The notes below the pieces were generated by a model. The model had not been told where the DNA came from and made no database searches. It saw nothing but the letters and a program-made list of their open reading frames with translations. A program made the translations under genes and the position numbers. DNA of 64,000 nucleotides from Octopus sinensis (taxonomy: Eukaryota). The stretch covers positions 25,730,001 through 25,794,000 of the forward strand of contig NC_043017.1 of NCBI RefSeq assembly GCF_006345805.1, in the 5' to 3' direction. Shown in pieces: positions 26,421 to 39,960 of the stretch (the first letter of the stretch is position 1; the number at the start of each line of letters is the position of its first letter).

Positions 26421-27414
26421 GTTTAATGAATTAATTCTTATAAGGATAATTCACTTATATATATATATATATATATAAAGGGAAATTTACGAAAATTAAC
26501 AAAAGACAAAGGCAGGTGGTGTACAAACAAACAGATGTATTAGTATAGCGCTCAGGAATAGAAAAAGTCTTTTACGTTTCGAACCTACGCTCTTCTACAG
26601 AAAGGTACACAGAAAAAACAACGAGAGAAAAAAATATATATATATTAGCTGAAGCAAATTATGAATTTGTTGGAGCTCTGATCTACGTCGATTTGATATA
26701 GTAAGAATAAAAAGATAAATCTCATATAATCACACAGAAAAACAAACAATTATTTAACACTTACGTAAGAGAAACAGACAGATCGATAGATAGAGATGCA
26801 TGTAAGCAGACTGGGAAATAGGCAGCTTGGAATACCTCAATACAGCTTTGTATTCGTCAAGGCTCTTTATATATGCAAACGTCTTTCTTTCACTACAAAC
26901 ACACATAGACCTTTAATATACATACATATATAAATACACATATACATAAATATATACATAAATAGATAGATATATGTGTATGTATGTATGTATAAGGAAG
27001 GAGAAACCAGACATGCAAACATCAAGGTATCAGGCAAAGACAGACACACACAGAGAAATTTAAAGAAATACCTAAATAACAATTTATCGCTGCTCTGCTT
27101 ATTTCTCTCTTTAATTTAAATGCTTTCAGTTTTTTCTTAAAAAACAATTATTTTCTTAAATCTTTGGCCATATACAACGACATCTGTGTTTCTTTCACAT
27201 TTTCCCTTCCTTTTTATATCTTCCTTCTCTCTTTCCTCTTTTCCTTTCTAACTCTTCTGGGTTTATTTTTCTTTAACTAATTTCCACTTTTAAAATACAT
27301 TTAACTCTAAACAAAACCAGATGCAAAACAAATTACTCTCATTATTAAATTGTTTATTGTTCACTCAACTTCGTTATTTATCATATCGTTTTTCTTTTAT
27401 AATTTATTTTCATC

Positions 27415-27456
<42 letters not shown>

Positions 27457-27675
27457 ACGTGTATCCATTTTGTTTTTCATTATATGGAAAATCCACACAC
27501 TTTGTGTCTGTCTTTATATTTCTCGCCCCTCGTCCTTCACCTTGGTAGCAAATAAGAGGAATCATCATTATCATCATCATCATCATTATTCCAAACAGCA
27601 TAAATAATTAAGCAGTAATAAATGCGGTTCCAGTCTTTGAGAGGCAGCGTAAAATTAAATAATGTCGATGTTGTA

Positions 27676-27717
<42 letters not shown>

Positions 27718-27726
27718 TGATAATAG

Positions 27727-27760
<34 letters not shown>

Positions 27761-28230
27761 TAATAATAATAATAATATTAATAATAATAGTATAGAAAAA
27801 ATATTTATAAATTTATACAAAATGTAAACAAATGAAAATTATTATGCTGATTCGATTTCTATCTTTTGTTGTGGATTCACAAAAAAATATTATCGTGTTT
27901 ATTTATTTACGTTATCCAATTTTTCTTTTTGTTTTGCGTTTTTTTTTTTGTGTGTGTTCATAATTAAGCAGGACAAGGTTGGAAGAGAGACAGGCGTAAT
28001 TTGTCTCATAACACATGCAGTGTGACAATAAATCCACGCAAGAATAAAAAAATAGCAAAATATTAAATTCAAATTTTGGCATAAGGCCAGCAATTCATAT
28101 CGACCGACCCCAGTATTCCAATAGTACTTACTTTATCGATCTCAAAGAGAAGAAAGATAAAATTAGCCGCGCCGAAATTTAAGCTTACCCCCTCATTTAA
28201 AATTGTGAACCTCCTACCAGAACTGAAAAC

Positions 28231-28263
<33 letters not shown>

Positions 28264-30527
28264 ATCAGCGAGCAAGGCATACCGAATAAATTGCGTAGCT
28301 AAATTTCGTCCGTCTTTACGTTCTGAGTTAAAATTCCTCGCTTGACTTTGCCTTTCATACTTTCAGGGTCAATGAAATAAATACCAGTCGAGTACTGAGG
28401 TCGATGTAAATATTGTTGTTGCTGGCCTTGTGCCAAAGTTTGAAACCATTATTCCTATTAATGTTGTTATTGCTGTTGCTATTGCATTTAAGTAAATGCG
28501 CCACAAACCGGAAGCTGATTTTAAACTATTAATGATGTCAAAGAAAAATAAGAAAGCCTTATCTTCCATTGTTGCGTGTCAACTTTCAGATTCCTTCTTG
28601 CCATTTCCTTTTTATTCTATTTTCTAATGAATTTCAGAAACTGCTCATTGTTTCTCTGCTTTGTATTTCCAGAAATTTTGTGTTTTTTTTATTATTTATT
28701 TGTAATCTAGCATGTTGTTGAATCTATTATTTCTCCTACGTGTATCTAATATGTCTCTTTTACAATTCAAAGCAAAAACAAAAAACAAAAACTGTTGAAT
28801 TGAATTTCAAATAAAAATTGTAGGCTGACGAAACAATTGACAATTTAACGGCGGTCAGCTGTACATGACATATTCACAGCTAGATAAACAGATTTAATGG
28901 ATTTTCTTGTTATTGTTGTCAGCCCTGATCGATCAAAACCTATTGTCAAAGGTGTTCCGTTTACGACCACTCTATCTTATTTTGAACTGTACTTTATCTG
29001 GGGACATACTACCAAATATACTGCTTATATTTTAAAGATAGTAGTGTATGAAGATTTCTCAATTACTGGACACGTTCCGTCGCCAGTGCGCATGTTCAAT
29101 CCTGAGCATCTGTTACCGGGACAGCGAGACAAACAAAGAGGCGAGGATGAAAAGATATGGAGAGGACGACGGAAGGACGAACAAGATCAAAAGGACACCG
29201 ATAAAGACATGACGCAGTACGTTCTCCGGGCCGACATGTTAACGATGACACTTGGCCCAAGCTGAACCAGGAGGATGACTAACAATCGGTATGTTTGGAG
29301 ACGGCTCGTTGTTCGTTGTGATGACAGCACTGGGTTATCTAAGAGCTAAGAGCAAAGGGAGAATCTGATTTGCATAGTTAGTTGTTAATGGCTTCAGACA
29401 CTATTTTAGGGCTTGATGACCTTATGTGACACAAGTCGTTGGCACTGCTTGCTCCTCCAGTCTATAGATCCTGATTCGGTGCTCTTGTCCATTGCTACGG
29501 TTCACCACCTACGTTTGTATATTTTAGAAACATTATGCGAAAATGGCTAGAGTAAACCATATGACAGAAGTAAAAACGTTATGTAAAATTCAGAATGCAG
29601 CCCATAAGGCCGGCGGTCTAGTGTTCGATTCCAGCAAACACTGCAATCAGATTTCCCTCAAACACACAGTTAATTCTGCATTCGTGTGACCCACATCAAC
29701 AAAACAGGTAGGAGAGTCTGGCGTCTGCACAATCTAGGATTTCCTTACATCCAGCTTAAACTTGAAAATTTGGGAGGTCATTTCACTCTCTGACCCGTGA
29801 TACAATTTCTAGTGCCTCTCGAGATAGACGGGTGCCAAAAAAAAAAAGAAAGACACAAACAAGTGCAATTTGGGGGCGATTTATCTGCTATTTGCTGTAC
29901 GTCAAATAGACCTCAAACAAACATACAGCTAGTCTACGATAAAACGTGGCAACAAGGCTGAAGGAAGATTCTGGCGCCGGCGCGTGATAGAATCTCATTC
30001 CGGCATCTCAGGCTTGCATCCTAGAAAGGTCGCTTCGTCTCAAATCTACGGTATAGCCCTCATTGATCTTGACTGCAAGAGAGGTAGAGTGTAATTTGAG
30101 GGCAATATGACTGCTACTTCCAGCAGATCACGAGACCACGTACAGGCCTCTCATTTGCTTGACTTAATGAGAGAGAAGATTTATTGCAGTAGTCTTAGAA
30201 CAGTGACGCTCACAAGACATAACCTGTTTACGCCTCAGTAAATAGTGCAGCCTCTTCAAAGCAGACTTAAAGTTTTGAAGATGTATGCCTCATGATTTAC
30301 AGAACATTCTTAGGTTATCAGTAGATAGTCGTTGCAAAGTAATTAATCCATTTTCATAAGGTTATGTAATGACTGAAAATATCTCTTTGTGATAAATAGA
30401 ATAATTCATTGCTCCGTGTGTAGTAATTCCTTTGATTAGAGTGACAGTGAATATAGAGAAGAGCGACAGACGGGGGAGATAACTGTGTTCAAGTGCAATC
30501 GACTTGTGTGGTATAATGAGAAAATAC

Positions 30528-30760
30528 CGGCGAGCTGGCAGAAACGTTAGCACGCCGGGCGAAATGAATAGCCGTGTTTCGTCTGCCGTTAGGTTCTGAG
30601 TTCAAATTCCGCCGAGGTCGACTTTGCCTTTCATCCTTTCGGGGTCGATAAACTTAGTACCAGTTATGCACAGGGGTCGATATAATCGACTTAATCCGTC
30701 TGTCTGTCCTTGTTTGTCTCCTCTGTATTTAGCCCCTTGTGGGTAGTAAAGAAATAGGTA
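30528..30760 (+). mobile_element. SINE family A, 18-bp TSD
   Basis: ggtataatgagaaaatac at 30510-30527 and 30757-30774; it overlaps the element's 3' GGTA. Confidence 0.92.
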
Positions 30761-31454
30761 TAATGAGAAAATACGCGTGTTGTAGTGCAGGCTTAACTGA
30801 GCCTGTTGAATGAGTAACTACAGTTGTTAGAGAACAGTCTTAGTTGAGCATGTCTAACGAATAAAGACTTGTCTTAGAGCGCAGGCTTTGCCGAGGTTTT
30901 TAATGAGTAAACACTCGTATTAGTGTATAGATTTAGCTGACTGAGTTTAGTGAGTGAACACGAGTTTGGGAGTAAATGCTTAGTTGATGCATATTTTAAT
31001 GCATTTTTAAGTTGAGTTTCAAATGCGGGAGTCAGATGTTCATGGGGAATCGAAAATGCAAACATTCCAAAGCTATGACATTTTGAGAAAGAACACTTGA
31101 GATATCTATGTATGTTCTTATATTAGGTTACAACGGCATATTTTACTTTAATAACTAGCTTAATTAGTTGAACTATGTCGTCATATTGGTGTTTCTGGTT
31201 AGTGATTTGTCTTCGATTTTTGTCTCTCCCAACCAGCTTTGTGCCTTTGCGTGTGTGTATGTATATGTTTGTATATAGATAGATAGGTAGGTAGGTAGGT
31301 ATATAGGTAGAAAGAAAGAGACATATACATAGACAGAGAGATAGACAGACATACAGACAGATAGATAGACAGACAGACAGATAGATAGATAGATAGATTA
31401 GTAGGTAGGTAGATAGATAGTTAAATTGATAGGTAGGTAGGTAGGTGGGTAGGT

Positions 31455-31625
31455 AGTATTTCGGCTGCCGTCACGTTGTGAGTTCGACTTTGCCTTTCAT
31501 CCATTCGGGTTTGATAAATTAAGTACCAGTTACGCACTGGGGTTGATATAATCGACTTAATACCTATGTCTGTCCATGTTTGTCCCCTCTATGTTTAGCC
31601 CCATGTGGGTAATAAAGAAATAGGT
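31455..31625 (+). mobile_element. SINE family A, 5'-truncated
   Basis: Begins at gtatttcggctgccg and ends aataaagaaatagg within a (GGTA)n/(GATA)n tract. Confidence 0.8.
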
Positions 31626-31709
31626 AGGGAGGTAGGCAGAAAAATACAGATACATAGACAGAGATAGATAGTTAAATTGATAGGTAGGTAGGTAGGTAGG
31701 TAGATACAT

Positions 31710-31743
<34 letters not shown>

Positions 31744-32206
31744 TTAAATTGGTTGGTAGGTAGGAAGAGAGAAAGAGACAGAGAAATAGACAGATAGATA
31801 GATAGATAGATAGATGTTGAACAATGAGAAAAAATGAAGGCAACGTAAGAAGCACAACTTATGAAGGTTGTCTTAGTTTAACACTTGAAATGCAAGGGTT
31901 ATAACATTTCGGAACCTTGTCCTTTACCAAAAGTAAAGAAAGGGACGAAAAACGGGAGAGAACAGAGAAGGAGGAAGATGCAAAGGGGAGAAAAAAGATG
32001 GCAGAAAAACAAAGTGAGATGTCAGTGGAGATTACGTGAAGTGGATGGATCAGTGAAAGAATAGCGAACAGGCCCTCTTTCTTTGAGAGCACACGGCCGA
32101 AACTCGAGTTAGTAAAAGACTAACTCGCCAGAATAAAAATATTAGTCTCTACTATGTAATTGAGGACTCTGCCGCACGATAGTCAACATGTAACGTTTAT
32201 ATATGC

Positions 32207-32249
<43 letters not shown>

Positions 32250-32578
32250 TATGGCCTGGCTCTCCGACAGTTATGATGATGTGGGTTTTAGTTGATTCGA
32301 TCAACGGCACAACCGGCCCGTGAAATTAAAGTGGAAGTGACTGAGTACTCCATAAAATCACGTGTATTTTTAACTTAGTAATCAGGGAGATTCGGCGTGC
32401 CACGGAATGCACCAAGGCTGGCCCTTTGCCATACGGGTACTACACCATTTTGCCAGAAGATTGAAGCTGGAGCTGCGAGAAATAAAGTGTATTCCTGAAG
32501 GACACAACGCTGCACCTGGAATTGAACTCACGACCTTGCAATCGAGAGTCGAATAGCCTAGTCATTAAACAACACACC

Positions 32579-32654
<76 letters not shown>

Positions 32655-32744
32655 CTTTCTCTCTCTCTCTCTCTCTCCCATATATATATATATGTGTGTG
32701 TGTGTGTGTATGTGTGTGTGTACATATATATCCTTTTCGACTCT

Positions 32745-33520
32745 AGGCACAAGGCCCAAAATTTTTTAGAGAGGGGTCAGTTGATTAGATCGATCCCAGT
32801 ACGTAATTGATCCCAAAAGGATGAAAGGCAAAGTCGACATCGGAGGAATTTGAACTCAGAACATAAAGACAGACGAAATACCGCTAGACATTTCGCCCGG
32901 CGTGCTAACGATTCTGCCAGCTCGCCGCCCTAAAAATAATTCTTTCTACTATAGGCACAAGGCCTGGAATTTGAGGGAAGGGGGATAGTCGATTAGATCT
33001 GCCTCAGTACTTGATTGATACTCAATTTATCAACCCTGAAAGGATGAAAGGCAAATTCGACGTCTGCGGAATTTGAACTCAAAACGTTAAGACAGACGAA
33101 ATACCTATTAGTTTACTACCCACAACGGGCTAAACACAGAGAGGATAAACAAGGATAGACAAACGGATTAAGTCGATTATATCGACCCCCAGTGCGTAAA
33201 TAGTACTTATTTAATCGACCCCGAAAGGATGAAAGGCAAAGTCGACCTCGACGGAATTTGAACTCAGAACGTAGCGGCAGACGAAATACCTTTTTCTTTA
33301 CTACCCACAAGGGCCTAAGCACAGAGAGGACAAACAAGGACGGACAAACGGTTTAAGTCGATTATATCGACCCCAGTCTGTAACTGGTACTTAATTTATC
33401 GACCCCGAAAGGATGAAAGGCAAAGTTGACATCGGCGGAATTTGAACTCAGAACGTAACGGCAGACGAAATACCGCCAAGCACTTCACCCGGCGCGCTAG
33501 CGTTTCTGCCAGATCGCCTC
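32745..33520 (-). mobile_element. SINE family A array (about 4 units, older and younger copies)
   Basis: Repeated gaaaggatgaaaggcaaagt...gaatttgaactc blocks at about 32815, 33038, 33222 and 33405. Confidence 0.88.
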
Positions 33521-33685
33521 ATACACACACATACATATATATATATATATGTGTGTGTGCGTGTGTGTGTGTGTTGATATTGATATTACCATGACAGCGT
33601 TTTGTTTTATTATTATGAAGCACTCTACTATAGATCATATAAAATTTTAGTCAACAGACTATGTTATTGTGAATGTAAACTTTAC

Positions 33686-33817
33686 TTCGATAAATATTTG
33701 TTTCCAGATAGGAAGATATTGAACAGCTGTGTATACCCCAGCAGCTGTGCCGCTTCTTTTTTCGTTATACACGAACGCTCTGCTTACAAACCTAATGGTA
33801 TGCGTGGCTAAAGCAAA
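33686..33817 (-). CDS. Candidate exon (FALATHTIRFVSRAFVYNEKRSGTAAGVYTAVQYLPIWKQIFIE), phase-compatible with 454-355
   Basis: Locally GC-richer unique island. Acceptors gtccag| (start 33817, 132 bp) or gctttag| (start 33807), donor GAA|gtaaag, one open minus frame ending in phase 0. A plus-strand 90-bp exon (33708-33797) with strong splice sites is an equally possible reading. Confidence 0.35.
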
Positions 33818-34041
33818 CTGGACAGTCTAATTTGCATATTTGATACTTTTTGGCAACTATTTCGAATATTAAATTACTGATGTGTTAATATTGTTTCGTT
33901 TCGTTGCTGCAATGTTGATATAGAACATATCTGTGATCGTTTTTTTTTATAGTAACATATACCGTTTGCTTAACAGTGTTGGTAATGTTGGGTAAAACAA
34001 TATATATATTTATATGTATGTATTTATGTAAGTGTATATGT

Positions 34042-34072
<31 letters not shown>

Positions 34073-36224
34073 CATAGGATTTTTCCGATGGCCGTATAAC
34101 TGAAGAGATGGCGACGTGGATTTCCACCTCGGAATCCAAAACTCGGAGTTTTATCATGGCCACCGAATAATTATCACATATTACATTTACAGATAAATTC
34201 CTCTATTTACATAATATCGAGGTCTCTTTCTTTCTTTTGTTGTCTTACCGTTTTTTATCAATAATATATATTATAATTATATATAATATATAACGTATAG
34301 GTTTGCATGCTTAGATAGATATAAAAAATACAAAATGGGACAAAAACGCAAAACATCCAGACAGTTTGGTGATACAAGAAAGAGACAGTAAAACAACCAG
34401 ATACACCAGATACAAGGACGGTTCATTCGTAGTTCTCTTTCCTCAGTCGAGTTCCAGATTATCTTTGCAATTTCAGCTAGATCCAAGGATTGAGGTGTAG
34501 GCAAAAACTAGCTTCAAGCAATCCGTAGTAAATATAAAAAGCAACTCCCAAGCACAATAGTTGTTCATTGAGAAGGAAGGTCTTGGATTTTTTTGTTACG
34601 TACGATAAACTGAAAATAATTTCTTTTTATATATCATGGTATATTATGTGTGTGGGGAGTGTAATATATATACCGGAAGAAATCCCTGATTACCTTACCC
34701 TGCCTGGAACCCCACTATTTCACTACATAGCGAAGACATGACACAATGTAGGTAAATAAATTTAAGAAATTTGAAAAGAAAATACGAAACCGGTTATTTC
34801 TCCCAAAACTATGTTACTATACAAAAACATTTTATAACATTTTTCTAACATAACGACTTAAATATATTCTTTAACCTTATAAGACAAGCCTTCTGTAGTT
34901 TTTTCACTCTTTTTTTTTATTTTATACATCCAACCACGTGCTTTCACACACCAACACTCTCACCTATATATCACTATTCTTATGAATTAACCCCGAAATT
35001 GGGAATAACGGATTTTTTAGAAATTTCTATCGGTTTGTTTCGAGACGCATAAATTATAATGGTTATTGACAACTTTTGTCTTTTTTTCGCCATATTTGGC
35101 ATTAGAATTTTTTTTTGCCCTTATCTTGTAAATTATTTATAAATTTAATCTTTAAGGGTATTTTTTGATATAAAGGCTACGAACGCTTACATCACTCCAG
35201 TCGTTATCGTAGCAGAACGAAGTTTCCTCTCTATCGCTTCCAATTGGAGGGAAGTTTTTCTCTCTGTTTCCATCCCCTGCCAATACTTTCCCGCAAAGAA
35301 CGTGACATTCCATGATTAACCGTGTGTAGACATGTCCTAGTTCTATTGAGCTTGGCAAAAGATTGCTTGGCTGTATAAACGCTGATCAGGAGTTCTCCCC
35401 TCTTCCTCAACATCACTTTGTATCTTTAATAAAGCAGTTGCCCTTTCACAGGTGTATATTCAACGTGGGACTAGTGGGCATAAAACACTGATTTCAAATT
35501 TTGGCACGAGGCCAGCAATTTTTGGTGAGTCGATAATATCGACCTCTATATTCAACAGGTATTTATTTTATTCCCTCCGAAAGAATGAAAGACAAAGTCA
35601 ACCTCAGCGGAATTTGAACTTAGAACGTAAGGACGGACGAAATGCAGTTAAGCGTTTTGTCCGGTGAGTTAACGATTGTTCCTTTACTAGTTACGATAAT
35701 TACTTCGTATTTTAGCATAAGGCTAGCAATTTTGAGGGGTGGGGGAAATTAATTTTATCGACCACAAGAAAAAGATTGAAAGTCTAATACTAATAATGAT
35801 GGTTTCAAATCTTGGCTCAAGAACCAGCGATTTTTGAGGGAGAGGGACAAGTCGATAACATCAACGCTGGTATTTGACTGGTATTTATTTTATTAAAACT
35901 GAAACGATGAAAGGTGAAATAGACCTTGGTGGAATTCGAACGCAGAACGGAAAGGTGGACAAACTGCCGCAAGACATGCTGCACGGCGTGCTAACGATTC
36001 TGCCAGCCTGCCAACATTAATAATAATAATGTTGTCAAATTTTGGCAGAAGGCTTAGCAAATTACCGGAGGAGGTGTGGGGGACTAAGTCAATTATATCG
36101 ACTCCAGTTCTCAAGTGGAACTTAGTTTGACGACCCCCAAAGCATGCAAAACAAAATCGATTTCGGTGAAATTTGAACACAGGACTTAAAGAAGAACAAA
36201 ATTTTTAATTATTATTATTAAATG

Positions 36225-36520
36225 TTAACAGCAGCAGCAGCAGGATCAGAAGCACCAACAGTACATAAAGCAGCAGCAGTAACAGTAGTAGTAGGAGTAG
36301 TAGTAGTATAGGCTTAGCAGTAGCAGCAGTAGTATTAGTAGTAGCAGCAGTAGTAGTAGCAGCAGTAGTGGTGGTAGTAGTAGCAGTAGTAGTAGTTGTT
36401 GTTGTAATAGTAGTGGTAGCAGCAGTAGTCGTAGTAATGGTAGTAGCCGCAGTAGTAGTAGTAGTGGTAGTAGTAGCAGCAGTAGTAGTGGTAGTAGTAG
36501 TAATAGTAGTAGTAGTAACG
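36225..36520 (+). repeat. (AGT/AGC)n trinucleotide tract
   Basis: Directly visible. Similar trinucleotide tracts lie at 16215-16325, 27415-27790, 39560-39790 and 55600-55910. Confidence 0.9.
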
Positions 36521-37050
36521 TTCAAACTAATATTGATATTAATAGTAACTTATTAATAAGAGAAGGCCAATCTTGTCAAAGGTAGAATTACGCGCGTCCC
36601 ACAAATACATGAATACACACACATTATACACCACAACACAAACACAACACACCAACACACACACACACACACCCACATATATATAATATATATATATCTA
36701 TATATTATATATATATATAAACACCCATATACATACACATAACACAAACCCACACCCCCACACCACGCACATATAACATTCGTTCCCTTTTTTTTTTTTC
36801 TTCACCTCCTTTTTCCCCTTTGCTTGTCTCATCTGCATCGCAGCTTGAAATGCGTCTATATTTGGACGTTTGTCTGCGAATTAATATTCAGCTTCGTATA
36901 TCAATAACAGGAAATAAACATTTATGATCTCGGCTTTATATCTTTAATATATTATATTGCACCTGAACAAACGAGCCTTGTTTATTTGCTTCCATCAATA
37001 TTATCAACTCACACGTACTTCTTCACATATGAGTGAGTCTGGAGAATATA

Positions 37051-37074
<24 letters not shown>

Positions 37075-37091
<17 letters not shown>

Positions 37092-37345
37092 GACATATAC
37101 ATACATATATGAACATATTTATGTATCAATATATATATATACATAGACATATACATACATATATGAACATATTTATGTATCAATATATATATATACATAG
37201 GACATATACATAATATATGAACATATGTATGTTATCAATATATATATACATAGACATAAACATACATATATGAACATATTTATGTATCAATATATATATA
37301 TACATAGACATATACATACATATATGAACATATTTAGGTATCAAT
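37075..37345 (+). repeat. ~56-bp AT-rich minisatellite (about 5 units)
   Basis: Repeated atacatagacatatacatacatatatgaacatatttatgtatcaatatat. Confidence 0.85.
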
Positions 37346-37364
37346 ATATATATATATATATTTG

Positions 37365-37409
<45 letters not shown>

Positions 37410-37783
37410 TTGTGTGTATATATGTATATATATATACACACATGTATGTATGTATATATGTATGTATGAATGTAAGGAGGTATGCATACATAAATTTGTG
37501 TATAAAAGATGTACTTTAATGCTTGAACCTAAATCTTCTTTATTAAAAAAACTATTTTTACAATATAACTGCTTGGTCAATACGCATATATATATAGATA
37601 TATAATATATGCATAAAATATGTCTGTGTGTCTCTATGTGTCGTGTGTGTGTATCTACGTACAACCATTTCTATTCCTACATTAATATTCTGTGTCCACT
37701 GCAAACATGAACAGACACACACAGACACTTACACACACAAACACCACCTATATATATATATATATTATATATATATATATATA

Positions 37784-37883
37784 NNNNNNNNNNNNNNNNN
37801 NNNNNNNNNNNNNNNNNNNNNNNNNNNNNNNNNNNNNNNNNNNNNNNNNNNNNNNNNNNNNNNNNNNNNNNNNNNNNNNNNNN
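37784..37883. other. Assembly gap (100 N)
   Basis: A run of exactly 100 N next to (TA)n; probably a placeholder of unknown true size. Confidence 0.98.
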
Positions 37884-38268
37884 TAACTGCGTTCCATAAA
37901 ACACACACACACACACAAACATTTTATATATATATGCATATATAATGCACATATACATATGTATATATATATATATATATATGTATATAATATTTTATAC
38001 CTATATATATATGTATTTTATATATATATATATATAATGTTATATCTATATATATATATATTTTACATATAATGTATTCATATATATATGTTATATATAT
38101 ATCATATATATTATATATATATGTATATAATATATATATATATGTATATATGTATACATAATATATATGTTATATATATGTATATATATATACATATATA
38201 TATATATGTATATATATATATGTTATATATATATATGTATACATATATATATATTATATATGTATATA

Positions 38269-38328
<60 letters not shown>

Positions 38329-38676
38329 TTTTATTATATAATATATATATATGTATATTTATACATATATATATTTACGCACATCTCCATTGTGTACACA
38401 AACAAATTCATTATATGCAATTTTCTTATGCTTAGCCATCACATTTAATCCAACTGAATCAACGGCAAATATCCTGGAAGCTACAAGGCAGCTCTAATCC
38501 GATAATCTCTTGTTACTCTCTCAATATAAAAACATAAATCGCACATAAAAGCACACACACACACACATACACATATATGTATGAGTGTGTATGGTTGTAT
38601 ATATGTATATAGATATATCTATCAATCATATTTATCTATCTATATCCATCTATCTATCTATCTATATATCTATCTA

Positions 38677-38715
<39 letters not shown>

Positions 38716-38842
38716 GCCTGCCTGTCTGTCTGTCTATCTATCCTTCCTTCTTTCTTTCTCTCTCCCTATCTCTCTATCTTATCTGTCTATCATATCTATC
38801 GATCTATATATCTCTCTATCTATTTGTCATATCTGTCCTATG

Positions 38843-38888
<46 letters not shown>

Positions 38889-38893
38889 CCTAC

Positions 38894-38927
<34 letters not shown>

Positions 38928-38966
38928 ATCTAACTATGCACCTAGCTAGCTAGCTACCTATCTATG

Positions 38967-39039
<73 letters not shown>

Positions 39040-39672
39040 GCATATACATATGTGCGTGTGTTCGTGTGTCTGTTTGCGTGTGTATACACAGGGACATAAT
39101 GCCATAATGAAATTTAAATAAATAGGAACGCTGCTTCTTAATATTCATGTTTCAGCTTTTATATATTCTGCTATTTCCTTATTCTTATTGCAAATATTCA
39201 ATTCCACATTTCTAATAATAAATGCAAAAAATTACGACGAATTTTCCAGAATTGTGACATACTCGCAATGTCTATTCAATATCCACGATTTTTCTGCAAT
39301 TTTGGGGACTTAAACAACATTTTTTTTTATATTATATTTTTAATGTTTTTGTATAACATTTTTCTTGCCGTCGCAGCTCTGACAATTTTCCTCTGTTATT
39401 TTCTTTTTTGGTTTTTGTTCTTGCTCTTATTCTCTCTTATTTCTTATAGTTCACCTCTTCGGTATCTCTCATCATCGCCGTCCTCATCATCTTCATCGTT
39501 CGTCATCATCAGCGTCTTCATCGTTAGCCTCATCATCCTTCTCATTTCAAGCTATTCCTCTTGTTCTTCTTCATCTTCAGGATGTTTTTCATCTTCCCTT
39601 CTTTTTCTCTCTTTTCTTCTTCTTCTTCTTCTTCTTTTTCTTCTTCTTCTTCTTCTTCTTCTTCTTCTTCTT

Positions 39673-39711
<39 letters not shown>

Positions 39712-39908
39712 TTTCGTCTTCTTCTTCTTCTTCTTCTTCTTCTTAGTAATAGTAGTAGTAGTATTAGAAGAAGAAGAAGAAGAAGAAGAAAATATTTTGC
39801 GAATAATGGGTTCAACGCTGGTCATATGTCAGCGTGTGTATATAAGAATTTTTTGAGTAATGAGATACAAAAAGGAGGTTGTGTAGATATTAGAACATTT
39901 ATAGATAG

Positions 39909-39960
39909 GTCTTACAGCTGTTTCAGGGATATTTATTAATTATATCCCTTCATCGGAGAC
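39909..39960 (-). ncRNA. Minimal type-I hammerhead ribozyme-like motif (U4C variant)
   Basis: Minus strand: GUCU-CCGAUGA-AGGGAUAU-aauuaauaa-AUAUCCCU-GAAA-C-AGCU-G-UA-AGAC. This gives a 4-bp stem I, an 8-bp stem II, a palindromic stem III (ACAGCUGU) and a GUA triplet. Confidence 0.65.

Noticed and set aside
32745-33520. Regularly spaced repeats resembling a CRISPR array
   Set aside because: The units are ~180-230-bp SINE bodies without unique spacers; the context is eukaryotic and there are no cas genes.
35190-35360. Possible exon or hAT C-terminal fragment (ITPVVIVAERSFLS)
   Set aside because: Similarity is limited to ERSF; insufficient support.
39268-39939. 223-aa hydrophobic/Ser-rich ORF
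   Set aside because: Built from (CTT)n, (CTA)n, (GAA)n and T-rich low-complexity sequence.
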